Notes: a model not told the origin generated them from the sequence alone. A DNA stretch of 64,000 nucleotides from Felis catus (GCF_018350175.1 NC_058383.1:26104001-26168000); one strand, 5' to 3'. Shown: positions 11,281-25,640, counted from the stretch's first letter. Numbers and translations: made by a program.

Positions 11281-12441
11281 AAGAATAATAAAGACCAAAA
11301 AAAGAGGAAGCAAGAATTTCTCCAAATCACAGTCATTTCAAAACAAAAATCCATTTTCTAAAAAAAGTAAAACACTAAAGTGCTGTGTCCAGGAGAAAAC
11401 AGGAGAGAAATTACTGGAATAACCTGACTGCATGAAAACTCTTTCCCCCCAGTTTCCAAATAAGCCACAGAAGCTTTAAAATAAATCAAAACCGGGCACC
11501 TGGTGGCTCAGTCGGTTAAGTGTCTGACTTCAGCTCAGGTCACGATCTCGCGGTCTGTGAGTTCAAGCCCCGCGTCGGGCTCTGGGCTGATGGCTCAGAG
11601 CCTGGAGCCTGCTTCGGGTTCTGTGTCTCCCTCTCTCTCTGCCCCTCCCCTGTTCATGCTCTGTCTCTCTCTGTCTCAAAAATAAATAAACGTTAAAAAA
11701 TTTTTAAAAATAAATTAAAAAATAAAATAAATCAAAATCAGCTACAATCAATGCATATTGAGGTTTTGATCTGGGCCACTGACTTCAAGCCTCAAAATAA
11801 GCACAATAAAATCGTCACTGAAGGGTTGAACACAGCATTCATCACAGCAATACAAGGAAATTGAAAAGCCAACAATCCTGAACACATTTGCAGTCCCACC
11901 TGCACTTGACAGCTGACAAACATGACACTCTCAGGAGCAAAGGAGAAGAAAAGCCTGGGGGTGCACAGAACAGTGGGGGGATTCCCTTACTTATATAGAG
12001 GAAGGCACCTTCCCAGGGCTCCAGAAAAACTAGACCACAAGACAAAGTTAATACAACACAGAAAGAGAGGGGAGCCTGCGTGGATCAGTTAGTTAAGCTT
12101 CTGACTCTCAGTTTCAGCTCAGGTCATGAGCTCCTGGTTCGTCGAGCTCCAAGCTGGACTCTGCACTGAGGGTGCAGAGCCCGCTTGGGATTCTCTCTTT
12201 CTCTTTCTCTTTCTGCCCCACCCGTGCAAACGATCTCTCTTTCTCTTTCTCAAAAACGAATAAATAAACTAAAAGAGAGAGAGAGAGAGAGAGACTCTCA
12301 ATATTTCCCCCACCTCCATGCCAACCCTGCTCAATAGCTTTTCACTGAATGGAGAATAACATCTAAACTCCTTACTATGGCGTGAAAAGTATCCATGAGC
12401 TAGCCCCTGCCCACCTCTCCCCTGTTTTTCATCGTCTAAAT

Positions 12442-12734
12442 CAAGGGTTGACACACTTCCTCTGTAGAGAACCAGATAGGAAATATTTTAAGTTTTGTGG
12501 ATCATAAAAACTCTGTAGCAACTGCTCAACTCTGTCACAAAGTCAGCCCTAGACAATATATAATTGAAGAGGTGTGCCTGTGTTCCAATTTATGGACACC
12601 AAAATTTGAATGTCATATAATTTTTATATGCCATGAATAATTCTTTTGATTTTTTTCAGCAATTTGAAAATATAAAAACCATCCTTAGTTGGCAGGCCAT
12701 ATCTGAACTGAGGGGCATAGTTTGCCAAGCACTG
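12442..12734. mobile_element. MER58-like hAT DNA transposon within L2
   Basis: ccagataggaaatatttta, tgtgttccaat, catagtttgcc terminal motifs. Confidence 0.7.
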
Positions 12735-14190
12735 GACTAAACACACTGGCCCGTTTTTCTGAGTTATGGTCTTTGCACATGCTGTTCCTTCTGCCTAGAA
12801 TGCTTGTCCCTCTACTCTTGGCCAGGCTAACCCTTCATCCTTAAGGTATCAGCTGAAATGCTGCTTTCACAGAGAGGTCTCCTTTATTCCTCCACATGCA
12901 AATAGTTCCCCATGAGCCTCTATCACAGCATGCCACCTTTCTGCCCATGGGACTTACCAGTTTGCAATTGTATATTAATTCTGTGTCTTATATTGTTCAA
13001 TATTTGTCTTCCACTGGACTGAAATTCTATGATGGCAGAGGTTATACTATTTTGCTCACTATGTCCCCAGCATCTAGCACCATGCCTGGAACTCAATTAG
13101 TATTTGTTGACTGGGTGCACCAGTGGGGCTCAGTAGGTTGAGCATCTGACCCTTGATTTCAGCTCAGGTCACGATCCCAGGGTCATGGGATCAAGCCCCG
13201 TGTCAGGCTCTGCACTGAGCATGGTGCCTGCTTAAGATTCTCTCTCCCTCTCCCCTCTCCCTTGCTTGTGTGCTCTCTCTCTCTCTCTCATATATAAAAA
13301 AAAAAGATGTTGAATAAATGAATATTGTCCTACAAAGTTCTCATTCATCTCATCTGTCACCTGGAGTCCATCATGGTGATGACCACCCTCAACCAGTGGG
13401 AGGTAAAACAAACCTATATTGGGATCAGCCAGACTACTCTGGGGCCGGGGAGGGGAGGGTACATACAGACTAGCATTTCTCATGCCTGGGTCCATTTTTG
13501 GCACAAATATATCCCATTTATAAATTTAGAGTTTTGGAGCAGTTCAGGGATTCTTGAAAGGATCACCTCCCCTGTGGAAAATAATAAGGAATCTCTTGGC
13601 GACCATTCCTTCCTTCTTAATTCCCATTCAATATTTCTAACTAACAACTAGGTAAAGTCTCCATTGATGCTAATAAGTCTTTAATACCTGTCTGAATTTA
13701 CCATAGTCTCTTTTTCAACAAAGACAGAGCAAAGCTCTAAGCTCACAACCTTCATGATTAGACTTTACTTCTGCAGTTAGTATACAATAAAATATCTTTG
13801 GTGTATAGGTCTGTAAGTTTGAACACATGCATAACCACCACCACCATCAGGATACAGACCAGTTCCGCCACCCCAAACTCCCTTGTGCCACCCCTCTGTA
13901 ATCAACCCCTCCTACCACCCTCTGCCCACCACTGGCCTATTCTCTGTCCCTCTAGCTTTGCCCTTCCCAAAATGTCATATAAATAGAATCACACAGAATG
14001 CAGCCCTTTGAGACGGACTGCTTTTACTCAGCATAATCTAGCTAGTAATAACACGATTTGGTTTTGTATATGTATATACATATGTATGTATGTACATATA
14101 TAAATATATAGTCATCTATAGTTACAAGCAAGTGATAGAAATTTTCCATTTACAATAATGACATGTTTCCTTCTAAAATAAATCTGTTAA

Positions 14191-14412
14191 GGGGCGCCTG
14201 GGTGGCGCAGTCGGTTAAGCGTCCGACTTCAGCCAGGTCACAATCTCGCGGTCCGTGAGTTTGAGCCCCGCGTCGGGCTCTGGGCTGATGGCTCAGAGCC
14301 TGGAGCCTGTTTCCAATTCTGTGTCTCCCTCTCTCTCTGCCCCTCCCCCGTTCATGCTCTGTCTCTCTCTGTCCCAAAAATAAATAAACGTTGAAAAAAA
14401 AATTTTTTTTTT
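14191..14412 (+). mobile_element. Young felid CAN-SINE
   Basis: Near-consensus; 15-bp TSD aaataaatctgttaa at 14176-14190 and 14413-14427. Confidence 0.95.
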
Positions 14413-14879
14413 AAATAAATCTGTTAAGTAAAAAGAATAGGTAAATATTTGTATGCGTGGTAAGAAAAGGGGAAAAATCATGAAGGTGGGACACAAATGC
14501 CTAAATTCTGGGATATAACAGACATTAGACATATAATGATATAATTGCATCCTACCCTCTTACCCCCTACTCACACACCCAAAATACCAGTCTGTAATTC
14601 TACGAATTCCTGAAAGGAAGGAAAAAGAATTTTAAAAGAAGAAACGGTCTATTCCCAGGCATCTCATTCCAACCAGGCTTTCCTGAGTGCAGTTCTAGAA
14701 GCTTTGATTCCTTCCTCAGGCACCTGATCGTGGAAAGACAATTCCAGCACAAAGAGCAAGGGCCACGAGAGGTAGAGTTCTTTTGTTTGCAAGCTCTTCT
14801 TTGTTGCCATGTTAGTTTAATGATTACTGTGGCTGTCATCATCCACACTACTACAAACAAATGCCTTAGAATCTTTTAC

Positions 14880-15124
14880 CTGTGGTGTGTAACGTTCAGA
14901 ACACGGAAACAAAGGCAACTTAAATAGTGTGTTATAAGCGTGTGAGGGTAAAACTTTCAATCACCCATTTAACAAAAAGCCTCCTCCTGTCACTAGGCAT
15001 GTTAGTTCATGCCCTACAGGACTTTTCAGAGACTGTTTCCGCCTTTGACCCAGGTGCAGTCGTAGCCAAACATTTGGATCCTTCACAAAATAAGGTCTGT
15101 GCTTGCAAAAGAGCAATATCGAAG
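14880..15124 (-). other. TMC5: Candidate TMC5 non-coding 5'UTR exon
   Basis: Minus-strand ttttcccctcctgttcatag acceptor (15125/15124) and CAG|gtaaaag donor (14880/14879) in unique sequence between the CpG island and the first coding exon. Based on splice signals only. Confidence 0.4.
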
Positions 15125-15644
15125 CTATGAACAGGAGGGGAAAATTTAAATAGAACTAAGTGGGTACATCTTTCTGTTCTTTATGTTTCCTCTCCAAAAA
15201 ATTTGCTTCATTTTTAAGACATTTATTTAGTTCCTAAAGAAAGGTAATTATATTTTATGAATGGAAAAAGAATATAAGGTTTCTAGTTTGCTGAATATGT
15301 AAGAAAGAGTTAGAGGCTGGAAAATGAACATGAACTTTAATCTCACGAAGGAAAATCACCTAGAAAAATCCATCCAGAGAATGGTCTAACGTGCTACACT
15401 TACAATTGAGATAGTAAATGCTTTTTAAAATGCCAAATTAAGATGATGCTAACATATTTTTTTTAAATACTTTGGGAAACTTGGGATGATAGAGCTGGCA
15501 AATGTCACCAATTAGTCTTCAGAGGAAAATTCAAGAAAAAGCAAGGATGGGATAAATCTTTTATTTACATGGATGTTTTGAAGCCCCTCAAATTTCATTA
15601 CACTGGCTAAAATACTTCCTTTTTTACCACAATCCATTAAAAAA

Positions 15645-18600
15645 TTTTTTTAATGTTTATTTATTTTTCAGAGACAGACAGAGAGACAGAACATGAGCAG
15701 CTGAGGGGCAGAGAGGGAGGGAGGGAGACACAGAATCCAAAGTAGGCTCCAGGCTCTGAGCTGTCAGCACAGAGCCCGACACGGGGCTCAAACCCAAGAA
15801 CTGCAAGATCATGATCTGAGCCGAAGTTGGACATTCAACCGACTGAGCCACCCAGAAGCACCCCCCCCCAAATTTTTTAATGTCTATTTGTTTTTGAAAG
15901 AGAGAGAGAGACAGAGAGCAGGAGCAGGGGAGGGACAGACAGAGAAAGAGACAGAGAATCCAAAGCAGACTGTGTGCTGACTACAAAGAGCCCAATGCGG
16001 GCTAGAACCCAGGAACATGAGATCATGACCTGAGCTGAAGTTGGACATTTAACCAACTGAGCCACCTAGGTGCCCCCTATAGTCCATTCTTGATGAGCAG
16101 TCTCTAGACTTTCCCAGAACCCTGCAAATTCTTTCCAGGAGTCTCGTTCTCACTATAACCAGAACCCCTCTCCATGCACGTGACATTCTGTAACAAGACT
16201 TTCACGTATGTAAGACTGTTACCGAAGTAGATGAAGCCCATAGGCTTTAGATGAAAAGCAGATCCATGCAAGGGCAAGTGCAAGATGGCGCATGCATTCA
16301 GGTGCCAGTGCTCTGTTTGGAGTACAGGGTGTATGGTTGGATTTTCTTGTTTTAGAAAGACATGGGTGGAAGGACACATAGATGGCTCAGTCAGTTAAGC
16401 ATCTGACTTTTTTTTTTTTTTTAATAATTCATTTTGAGAGAGAGACAGAGCACGCACACAAGTAGGGGAGGGGCAGAGAAAGAGGAAGAGAATCCTAAAC
16501 AGGGTTCATGCTCACAGCACAGAGCCCAGTTCAGGGTTTGATCTCACAAAGTGTGAGATCATGACCTGAGCCGAAATCAAGAGTTGGTTGCTTAACCGAC
16601 TGAGCCATCCAGGCATCCCAAGCATCTGACGCTTGATTTCGGGTTTCAGGCCCGTGTCGGGCTCTGCTCTGCCTCTCTCTACCCCTCCCCCACTGTGCTC
16701 TTGCTCTCTCAAAAATAAATAAACTTACAAAAAAGAAAAGAAAAAGAAAGTGATTGGTGGAAGCCATACGTCTAGGGCAGTGATTCTCCGTCAGTGTAAT
16801 TTTGCCCCCAGATAACACATTTCACAGCATCTGGAAGCCTTTTTTGTTGTCACAAGTTGGGGTCTGATATTGGCATCTAGTAGGTAGAGACCAGAGAACT
16901 GCTGAACATCAGTCTCCCAAAACAGAGAATTATCTGACCCAAAATGTTAATAGTGGTGAAGTTGAGAAGCCCCATTCTAAATTTTTTTTTAATGTTTATT
17001 CATTTTTGAGAGACAGAGACAGAGACAGCAGGGGGAGGGGCAGAGAGAGAGACACACACACACAGAATTCAAAGGAGGGTCCTGGCTCTGAGCTGTCAGC
17101 AGCCCAACTCGGGGCTCAAACTCACGAAGCACGAGATCATGACCTGAGCTGAAGTCAGACAGTTAATCGACTGAGCCACCCAGGTGCCCTGAGAAACTCC
17201 ATTCTAGAGGAGATCGTCTAGGGCAATACCGTCCAACAGAACTTTCTCTGATGATGATGGACTCATTCTATACTATGCTGTCCAATACAGCAGCCACTAG
17301 CCACATGTATATACTGAGTACTTAAAATGTGGCTAGTGCAAGTGAGGAACTGAATTTTTAATTTTGTTTGCTTTTAATTAATTTTAATGTAAATAGCTGT
17401 AAGTGGCTATGGGGCTGCCATATTTGCAGGGCAAGTCTAGAGAACAATAAAGCCTAAAGGAAATTCCAATATTTAAATCTTTGCTGATCACAGCACATCA
17501 AAGAGGATCAAACTGGGGGAGCCCATGAGACTCACTTGGGAGCTTGCTGGAGATGGATGCCTGTGGCCAACTAGTCTTTTTTTTTTAAGAAATTTTATTT
17601 TTTAATGTTTATTCACTTTCAAGAGACAGAGACAGAACACGAGCACGGGAGGCAGAGACAGGGGGACACAGAATCTGAAACAGGCTCCAGGCTCTAGGCT
17701 CTGAGCTGTCAGCACAGAGCCCGACGTGGGGCTCAAACTCACCAACTGTGAGATCATGACCTGAGCAGAAGTCGGATGCTCAACCGACTGAGCCACCCAG
17801 GTGCCCCGCCCAGAACTTTCTTGGTTTTAGCACTGGAAGTTCCATATCCTGGGAGACCTCCAGTCCTGGGAAAACTACTTTAGCTTGGGTCCCACTCCCA
17901 GAAGTTTTCATTCAGTGGGTCTGGGGTGGGACCTGGTAATTGGCCTTTTTATCAGATTTCCCAGGAGATTCTTCTGTGTAGCAACGTTCAAGAATCAACG
18001 GCAGAGTGGCCAGTTAATGGAGGCTGCCAAGAGCAGGCAGAGGGAGGCGGGAGGGGAAGGGTGCTGGGTTGTTCGTGCCTTGGCAGCTCAGTGATTTCTT
18101 GCATGGTTGAACTACTCCAGCCTGTCCCGGAAGAACAAGGGCCCCTCTCTCGGAGAACCAGAGACAATGCGAGACACATATAACAGCTCACGCACCCACT
18201 GACACCTGCTAGAAGGAGTAGCCTCCTCTGTGACCCAACGAAGATCTCACTTCCTGGAGACCTATAGGCTATGGAAGCCCCTCCTCATCCCCTTTGCCAC
18301 CATATGTGTTGCTCAGAATCCTAGCAGGAGCAGTGGAACATGATAGACCTTAATGTCCCCTGTGGCTAGTACCCTCTAACGCTTTCTTGACCACTGAAGC
18401 TCAGAAAGGCAGGAGACAGTAAAGCCAGGTTAGGCTTTATCCATACCCTGTGATTCTAGGTCTGTGGCAAGCCTCTCTCTTTGAGAGGAAAATGAACCCC
18501 CTTCGGGTTCCGTCTCTGGGACTAGAAGTTTAGTTCTTTTTATTTTTTTTTTTAAGTTTACATATATGTTCATTTAATGTTCATTTATTTTTTTTAATTT

Positions 18601-19227
18601 AAAAATTTTATTTATTTATTTATTTTACATTTATTTATTTTTGAGAGACAGAGCACAAGTGGGGGAGGGACAGAGAGCAAAGGAGACACAGAGTCTGAAG
18701 CAGGCTCCAGGCTCTGAGCTGTCAACACAGAGCCCGATGCAGGGCTTGAACTCACTATCTATGAGATCATGACCTGAGCCAAAGTCAGATGCTTAACCAA
18801 CCGAGCCACCCAGGCGCCCCAATATTCATTTATTTTTGAGAGAGAAAGAGAGAGAGTACGCGCGTGAGGCAGGGAGAGGCAGAGGAGGAGGGAGACAACT
18901 GAATCTGAAGCAGGCTCCAGGCTCTGAGCTGTCAGCACAGGGCTCGAACCCACTGACCACAAGATGATGACCTGAGCTGAAGTCAGATGCTTAACTGACT
19001 GAGACACCCGGGTGCCACTATATATTTATTTTGACAGCGCGAGAGAGAGACACCAGGGGACAGACAGACAGAGAGAGAGGGAGAGAGAGGGAGAGAGACA
19101 ATCACAAACAGGCTCCACGCTGTCAGCGCAGAGCCCCATGCGGAGCTCGAACTCATGAACTGTGAGATCATGACCTGAGCTGAAATCAAGAGTCAGATGC
19201 TTAACTGACGAGCCACCCAAGCACCCC
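15645..19227 (-). mobile_element. Cluster of about nine CAN-SINEs (mostly minus strand) interspersed with MER elements and unique sequence
   Basis: SINE copies at about 15645-15865, 15872-16076, 16371-16745 (with nested 16408-16619), 16982-17189, 17577-17807, 18600-18820, 18823-19016 and 19022-19227. Confidence 0.85.
16779..17440. mobile_element. MER20-like element (SINE-interrupted) followed by MER3-like element
   Basis: cagtgattctc...ggcatctagtaggtagagacc; gctgtccaatacagcagccactagccacatgt. Confidence 0.65.
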
Positions 19228-22200
19228 TAGAAGCTTAGTTCTTAACCAGACTAATTCAGATCCTTATAATAATCCTTATAATGCCTATTTAAACAAACAT
19301 TATATAATAGAACATCATAAGTATCATGGTTCCAGATCTGCATAAAGAAAAACAGAAGCAGAAACCAATAACAGAACAATGAATATGTATGTGCCAAACA
19401 CTGTTATGAGAACTTGACAGGTGTTAACTCAGTAGATTCTTACCACAGTCTTATCGATGGGTGCTGTTATTATCCTCATTTTACTCAGGGAGATACTGAG
19501 GCACAGAGAGGTTCAGTAACCTGGCCAGGGAACACAGCCAGGAAGGAGTGGAATACAGCATCATAAATGCCCTTTCCTTTCCAGGAAGCAAATTTTCCCT
19601 TTTTCAACTCATTTGCTTAACATTCACATCTTGAGATCAGCCATCTTTTTGCCCATGCTGGGTAGGCATGATGTTAAGCTTGGGAAGTTTCTAGATTCAG
19701 TGCTGTTTGTAGCATGGCCAAGAGCAGGGAGAAGTGAAGAGTTTGCCTGGACACAGATTTAAGGGAGAGTACCCAAAATCCCAGTAACCTAGATAAATAA
19801 TATCTTAGTGTAATATTTTTAAAAACAGGAAATACATGGTGAACAAAATATCAACATTTTCAATAAAGACAGGCTCAGGATTACTGATTTGTATCTTTTG
19901 CTCCAATTTGACTTGGCTCCACAGAGACTGGCAGGCAGGACCCTGCAATGCAGGCATTTCATGAACCACCCCAGGAATGACAGTTCTGGGGGCAACTTAA
20001 ACCATCTTCCTGGGATTTCCATCTACCTCCTCATGTTAAGGGCTTCCCTCTGATTGTACAATTTATAAGTCAAGTGTCTGCCACAGGAAAAACGTCCACC
20101 TCTCATTTGGAGAGCCATGATTTTTCATTTATTGGCGGGGGGAGGCGGGTGCTAACAGATGAAAGATTAGGAACCGCAACTCTGGACCTCCAATTTTTCT
20201 TGTTTCTCCTATTTTCAGAAATAGGGCTTTCTGCTCTTCTATTTAACTGATACCCACCCTGAATCAAATGCCATAGAATATGGAACTTGTTGGTCTGGCA
20301 TTTGTAAAAATACAGAAATCTTACCCAGCCCTTACTCCTTTTCCTATGAATAAGGAGTGTTCTTTCTAGAAATGACCCTATTAATGACTAGCATTGCATC
20401 GGCCTGGGTTTATCTCTGGGGACATTGAACCTGAGGTGGCTAGAAATAACCTTAAGCAGCAATATAATCCAATCTCCTGACACTCCATTCTGGGAACTCT
20501 TGGCAAATACAAACCACGGAGTGATTCATAGAACTTCTAGAAAAAAGTCTGCACCTTCAACCTGACCCTTCCTCCTGGGAAAAGGACGCTTCCTGGAAAA
20601 GCATGATTATAAACCCCATTTCCTTGTCATCCAGATCCATGGAGCTCCTTTTTGCCTCTCCAGTGTAGAAGGAGCCTTGTCAGACAACAGTATCGGCAAG
20701 CATGACGATAACACCATTTACTGAGCACCTACTTCAGCGCCAGGCACTATGCTATGCCCCTCACTGCATCAGCAACTGTATCCTCCAACAACTTTATGGA
20801 GAGGTATTATTATCCCCACTTTACGATGATTACACTGAGGCCCAGGGAGAGTTAAGTAACTTGCCCAGAGGCAGATGGGATTCTAAGCTGTGCCTCTCTG
20901 ACTGAACTTGGATCACATTTATCATCGTTATCAGAGGAAGAAGAGAAGGGCAAAGAGGAAGAGAGGGAGTTGGAGATAATATTTATGGAGTGGCTTCCAG
21001 TACACCATATTTTCTTTTTTTTTTAATTTTTAAAAAACGTTTGCTTATTTACTTTTGAGAGAGAGAGAGAGCGCACAAGTGGGAGAGGGACATAGAGATA
21101 GAGGGAGACACAGAATCCAAAGCTGGCTCCAGGCTCTGAGCTGTCAGCACAGAGCCTGACGTGGGGCTTGAACCTCAAAACCATGAGATCTTGACCTGAG
21201 CCGAAACCTAACTGACTGAGCCACCCAGGCGCCCCACCATATTTTCTTATTAGCCCTGATATCCACCGGGGGAGGTGGGAGCTCTTAGCATACTACCCAT
21301 TCTATAGACAAGCAAACTGAGCCTTGAAAGGTACAATAACTCACCCACAGTGGCACGGTAGGACCGGGAGAAGCCAGATTTTGATTCAGGCAGACAGCTT
21401 TAGAGCTTCCTGAGCTGATATGCTCCCTGACTTCCCCATAGTCTTTCTTTCCTCTAACAAGTACTTATCGTGCACTTATTCTGTGCCTGGCATCTGGCAA
21501 GAAGCAACAGGACAGCCCGTTTCTACCTCCTCCCATGACACATTCTCCAGGGTTCCCTACCATTTATGTGACCCCCGCACCACCTTTAAAACACCCTTTC
21601 TTACCTGCCCTCCGTCCTGGCGTTTCCTCTCCACCCTGCGGAGACAGCGGGTCCTCTCTCTCGCTCTCTCTTCTTTTTTTTTAAACACTAACCCATAAGG
21701 CCCTTCGTCTTCTGCCTTAGACACAGCCCTGCTTGCTCTGTTAGTCACACTGCTGGGCCTGGCCACCCAGCTTCCAGACAGCAGCTATTTACCAGCCTAT
21801 GGCAGAAGAAGCCCCAACTCGGAGCCCAAACTGTGTATTTCTTTCTTCCTGAACCCCAACCCTGCCCTCTCAACAATACTCTTGGCATCAGTGCACTAAA
21901 AAGACCAAAGTCCTTTCTAGAGGTTATTTTATCTCTTGGACACAATAAGGAAGTAACAAGGTTGATTTTTTTTTTTTAATCCCAGAGAGGGAGGTGCAAT
22001 GGAAAGAGACTATCTTTTCATTTATCCAACAAAGCATTCTCCCACACATCATGCTCCACTAGATACCCTCAGGCGCTGGCCACTTTGTTTTGCAGGTGTA
22101 GCCCCTGAAGCAACAGGCAGACATTACAAGTTAACTCCGTAATTACGATGGCATGTCCCTTCCAGAGATAAAGGATAGGCCTCGTTTCATGGCCAGCTAA

Positions 22201-22467
22201 CTTGAATCAAACCCTGGGTCCAGCGCTCTACCCCTCTGAGGCTCCACGACTCTATCCTTTTGAACCTCAACTTTCCCCACCCTCATCTGCAAAATGGGGA
22301 CAATATACTCTCCTCCAATGGGTTTCTTAGCCCTCAGAACTGTCATCTCTGGGGTGACTCATGGGACACCTGGATTGCAGGATCCTGCTTGCCAGTTAGT
22401 ATGGAGCTGAGCCAAACTGGAATTGAAAGCAAAAGGACAAATTAGTAACTTTCTTGTAGGTGTAAGT

Positions 22468-22696
22468 CAGGGTTTCTCGACCTCAGCACTTCTGGCATCT
22501 GGAGTCAGATGTTCTCGGTCGTGGGGGCTGTCTTAAGTCTTAGAGGATGTTGAGCCACATCCCCAGCTTCCATCCATTAGATGCCAGTAGGACACTCCCC
22601 ATCACCAACCCCACAAGCTGTGGACAACTGGAAATATCTCCAGGAATGGACAAGTATCTTCTGGGAGGCAAAAGCACCCCCAGTCAAGAGCCACTG
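22468..22696. mobile_element. MER20-like hAT DNA transposon
   Basis: cagggtttctcgacctcagcact start, agatgccagtag, gagccactg end. Confidence 0.72.
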
Positions 22697-24199
22697 CTAT
22701 GAATGACAGAATGTTCCACAAACTTGGGATAGTATCTCCCCATTCCCTTTGATAAGGCAAGGACATTAGCACCTCAGCATTTTCCTCTAGGAAAGTTTTT
22801 CTTCCCCCCATTTCCCCACTTTTAGAAACTATACCATATTTTTACATGTTGTGCCCATTCTGCAGATCAGGGAACTGAAGCTCAGAAAGCAACTTGTTGA
22901 AGTCCCAGAGCTGGAAATTACTCAAAGACAATATTTGAACCCAGGTCTAGCAGGAAAAACTACTATGTAACTGTCCTTGTCACCTGAAATCCTCCTCTCA
23001 AAGCCTCATCAGCTGCATTGGGTAATGCACCAAAGCAGAGGAACTCAGACCCTCTTTGCGATAACAAAAGGCTCCCGGTGACAGCCTCTTTGTACACTAG
23101 ATGGGAGACTAGGATACAATGGGGACACACCTCCCTCTGCACTGAATGTAGGGGGCTTCTTAGGAATGTTCCAGATGGCAAACAGTGGCCTGGCTCTGTG
23201 GACAGAAAGCAAGAAAGCTCCTCAGGCACCTCCTCCCCTCCCCTCCCACCTCCTGCCTCCCCTAAATAAACATTCTTTCTGTACCATCCTCTCCACTCTG
23301 TAGTAGAAACGTATAGCATTCACTGTAGCCAAAGTGTCGGCTAAGTGCCAGGCACAGTTCAGAGTGCTTTATGTTTATGTAAACCAGAAGAACACCATAT
23401 GGGGTAGTTACCATCGTTGTCCCCATTTTACAGATAAGGAAACTGAGACCCAGAAGGGCGATAACCTGCCACATTCTCCTTACTAGGAGGATGTCAAGAA
23501 CATGCAGACTTTATGACCAACAGACCTGGTTCAAATGTTGATTCCTCTACCAGCCACCTGTGTAACATCCGGCAAGTTAGCCAAACTCCCTGAACCTCAG
23601 TCTCATCAGTAGCATGGGACTAGCAGGGATTGTTTTAAGAATAAAAATTAACATTCTTATCCATTCAACAAGTGTTTACTGAGCATCTACAGGGTCCAAG
23701 CACTGAGGATGTATCTGCAAACGGAACAGCAAAAGGATCCTACCCTAGCGGCATGCACACTCTAGTAGGGACGCGCTTTTATGTGTTAGGTCGGTTAATC
23801 CTCGCGATAACCCATAGACTATTTACTATTACATTATTGTACCCATTTCACAGATGGGGAGAAGGGGCCTCAGAAGCAGTTTTTCCCCATCTCCCTTCAA
23901 CCTTCTAGGAAATAGTGGGACCTGGATTAGACATTAATGCCCGGTCTCCAGAGCTCGACTTCTTGGATTCAAATCCTGCTGTTTCCATCTAATTGCTATG
24001 GGCCTGAGCCCAAATCTCTTCGTGGGGCAAAATGGAATGAGGAGGCCCTATCTCAAGAGAGTGTCAAACGTCTAACATTTAGGAAGTGCTTCTTGGGTCC
24101 CCAGCATACACGAGGCTCACAGAAACCCTAGGAGAGATGTCTTATTTTGGGTCCCTTTTCACGGAGGTGGACACAGGAGCCCAGAGAGGGTAAGTAACT

Positions 24200-25080
24200 T
24201 GCCCAATGGCGCAGAGCGCTTAAACAGAGCAATTGCAAAGTCGGAGCTCTGAATCACAACAGCACGGAGGCACGCAGAGACAGACTCAGGGGGTCGAGTA
24301 CCCCTGGAGAGAGTGCCAGCAACTGGGTGCGATTATTCTTTCCCGTCTGCAGCTGTGCAGTGGGCGAGTCAAGGTGGCCAGGCCGGCGGATTGTGCTCGC
24401 TCTTCAGAGGCTTTCCTAACTCCAAGGCTCAGTGCGCGGAGCTGGAGCCACCGCGTGGATCTTTCCCTTCCGCGATGTTTGCCCACCCGGGGTGCTTCTT
24501 TCCCTGTGTCTCGTACCCTGTCCCTGCTCGCTCCTCTCTCCCTCGCCAAAGCTCATCCCTGGCCATCCCGCAGCTGCCCCGCGTTGGGGACACGCCCCCG
24601 ACAGGGCGCCCGGTTCTTTCCGTCGATCCCGTCTCGCAACCAGGGAGGGGGCTCGGCCAAAGCCGCTGAGTCTCGGAGGCTACCTGGGAAGACAGTCCCC
24701 GAGCTGGCCCCGAGACTGGAGTATCCGCCTCACCTCCCTTAGGCTTTTGCGTCTCCTGCGCCTGGCGCCCCGGCCGCTGCCGCGTCTGCTTGGCCGCGTG
24801 GCACACAGGTGACCCTGGTCCCGGGCAACGGGTTGCGAGGCTGCGCGCGTCTTGGCACCGGAGCCGGACTTCCTGCCCGGAGGGATGATCTCTTTCTTGG
24901 AATCCAGCCAAGTTCCTGCAAGCGCTGGATTAGTACACCTGTGAGCGTCAGAGACCTCTATTCACTGTCCCGGGAGGGTCTGCATTCATTGTTTCTTTCC
25001 ATCTGGCAAACCTTACCAAGTGCCCACCGGCTGCGGGGCGCCGGGACCCAGAGGAGCCAGAGGGCGCACAGGCTAGGGTT
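24200..25080 (-). promoter_or_regulatory. TMC5: CpG island, probable TMC5 promoter and non-coding first exon (candidate donor AG|gtgagg at 24734/24733)
   Basis: CpG-rich, non-repetitive block about 20 kb upstream of the TMC5 ATG with a strong minus-strand donor. ETS site CAGGAAGT (24875-24868) and GRHL-like AACGGGTT (24827-24834). Confidence 0.7.
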
Positions 25081-25174
25081 GTGATCTCCAAAACGTTGGC
25101 CACTAGCCACATGTCGTTATGCAGCATTTGAAATTGTGGCTCCAATGAAGTGAGATGTTTCTAAGACAAAGGAT

Positions 25175-25225
<51 letters not shown>

Positions 25226-25640
25226 CCAAAAAACCCACACACATATTTTTTAAATGTTTATTTATTTTTGAGAGAGACAGAGCAGGAGCAGAAGAGGGAC
25301 ACAGAGAGGGAGATACAGAATCAGAGGCAGGCTCCAGGCTCTGAGCTGTCAGCACAGAGCCCCAGGTGGGGATCCAACTCACAAACTGTGAGATCATGAC
25401 CTGAGAACAAGTCAGAGGCTTAACCGACAGAACCAACCAGGTGCCCTTACATACACATTTTTTAAACTCATTAAGAAGTTTTAAATTGATTGCATGTTAA
25501 AATGATAACATTTAACAGACTGTTAAATAAAATATATCATTAAAATTATTTTCTCCTGTTTCTCCTTTTCTGAAATGCAGCTATTAGACACTTTAAAATT
25601 ATAGGTCTCCTATTATCCTTCTATTGGATAGTGCTTGTCT
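25072..25640. mobile_element. MER33-like element with (CA)n and SINE insertion
   Basis: gccactagccacatgt...ttaaaattata...ctattggatagtg. Confidence 0.6.
25178..25226. repeat. (CA)n microsatellite, about 20 units
   Basis: Direct reading; adjacent to the TMC5 CpG island. Confidence 0.95.

Noticed and set aside
14575..14609. Alternative tiny minus-strand exon (ttcctttcag acceptor at 14610, gtgagt donor at 14574)
   Set aside because: Splice-like signals only; cannot be distinguished from chance without transcript data.
18494..18510. GAACCC-ccttc-GGGTTC hairpin with UUCG-like loop
   Set aside because: A 6-bp stem is expected by chance in 64 kb; no supporting context.
24233..25084. Several 87-169-aa ORFs on both strands
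   Set aside because: CpG-island artefacts with no recognisable protein.
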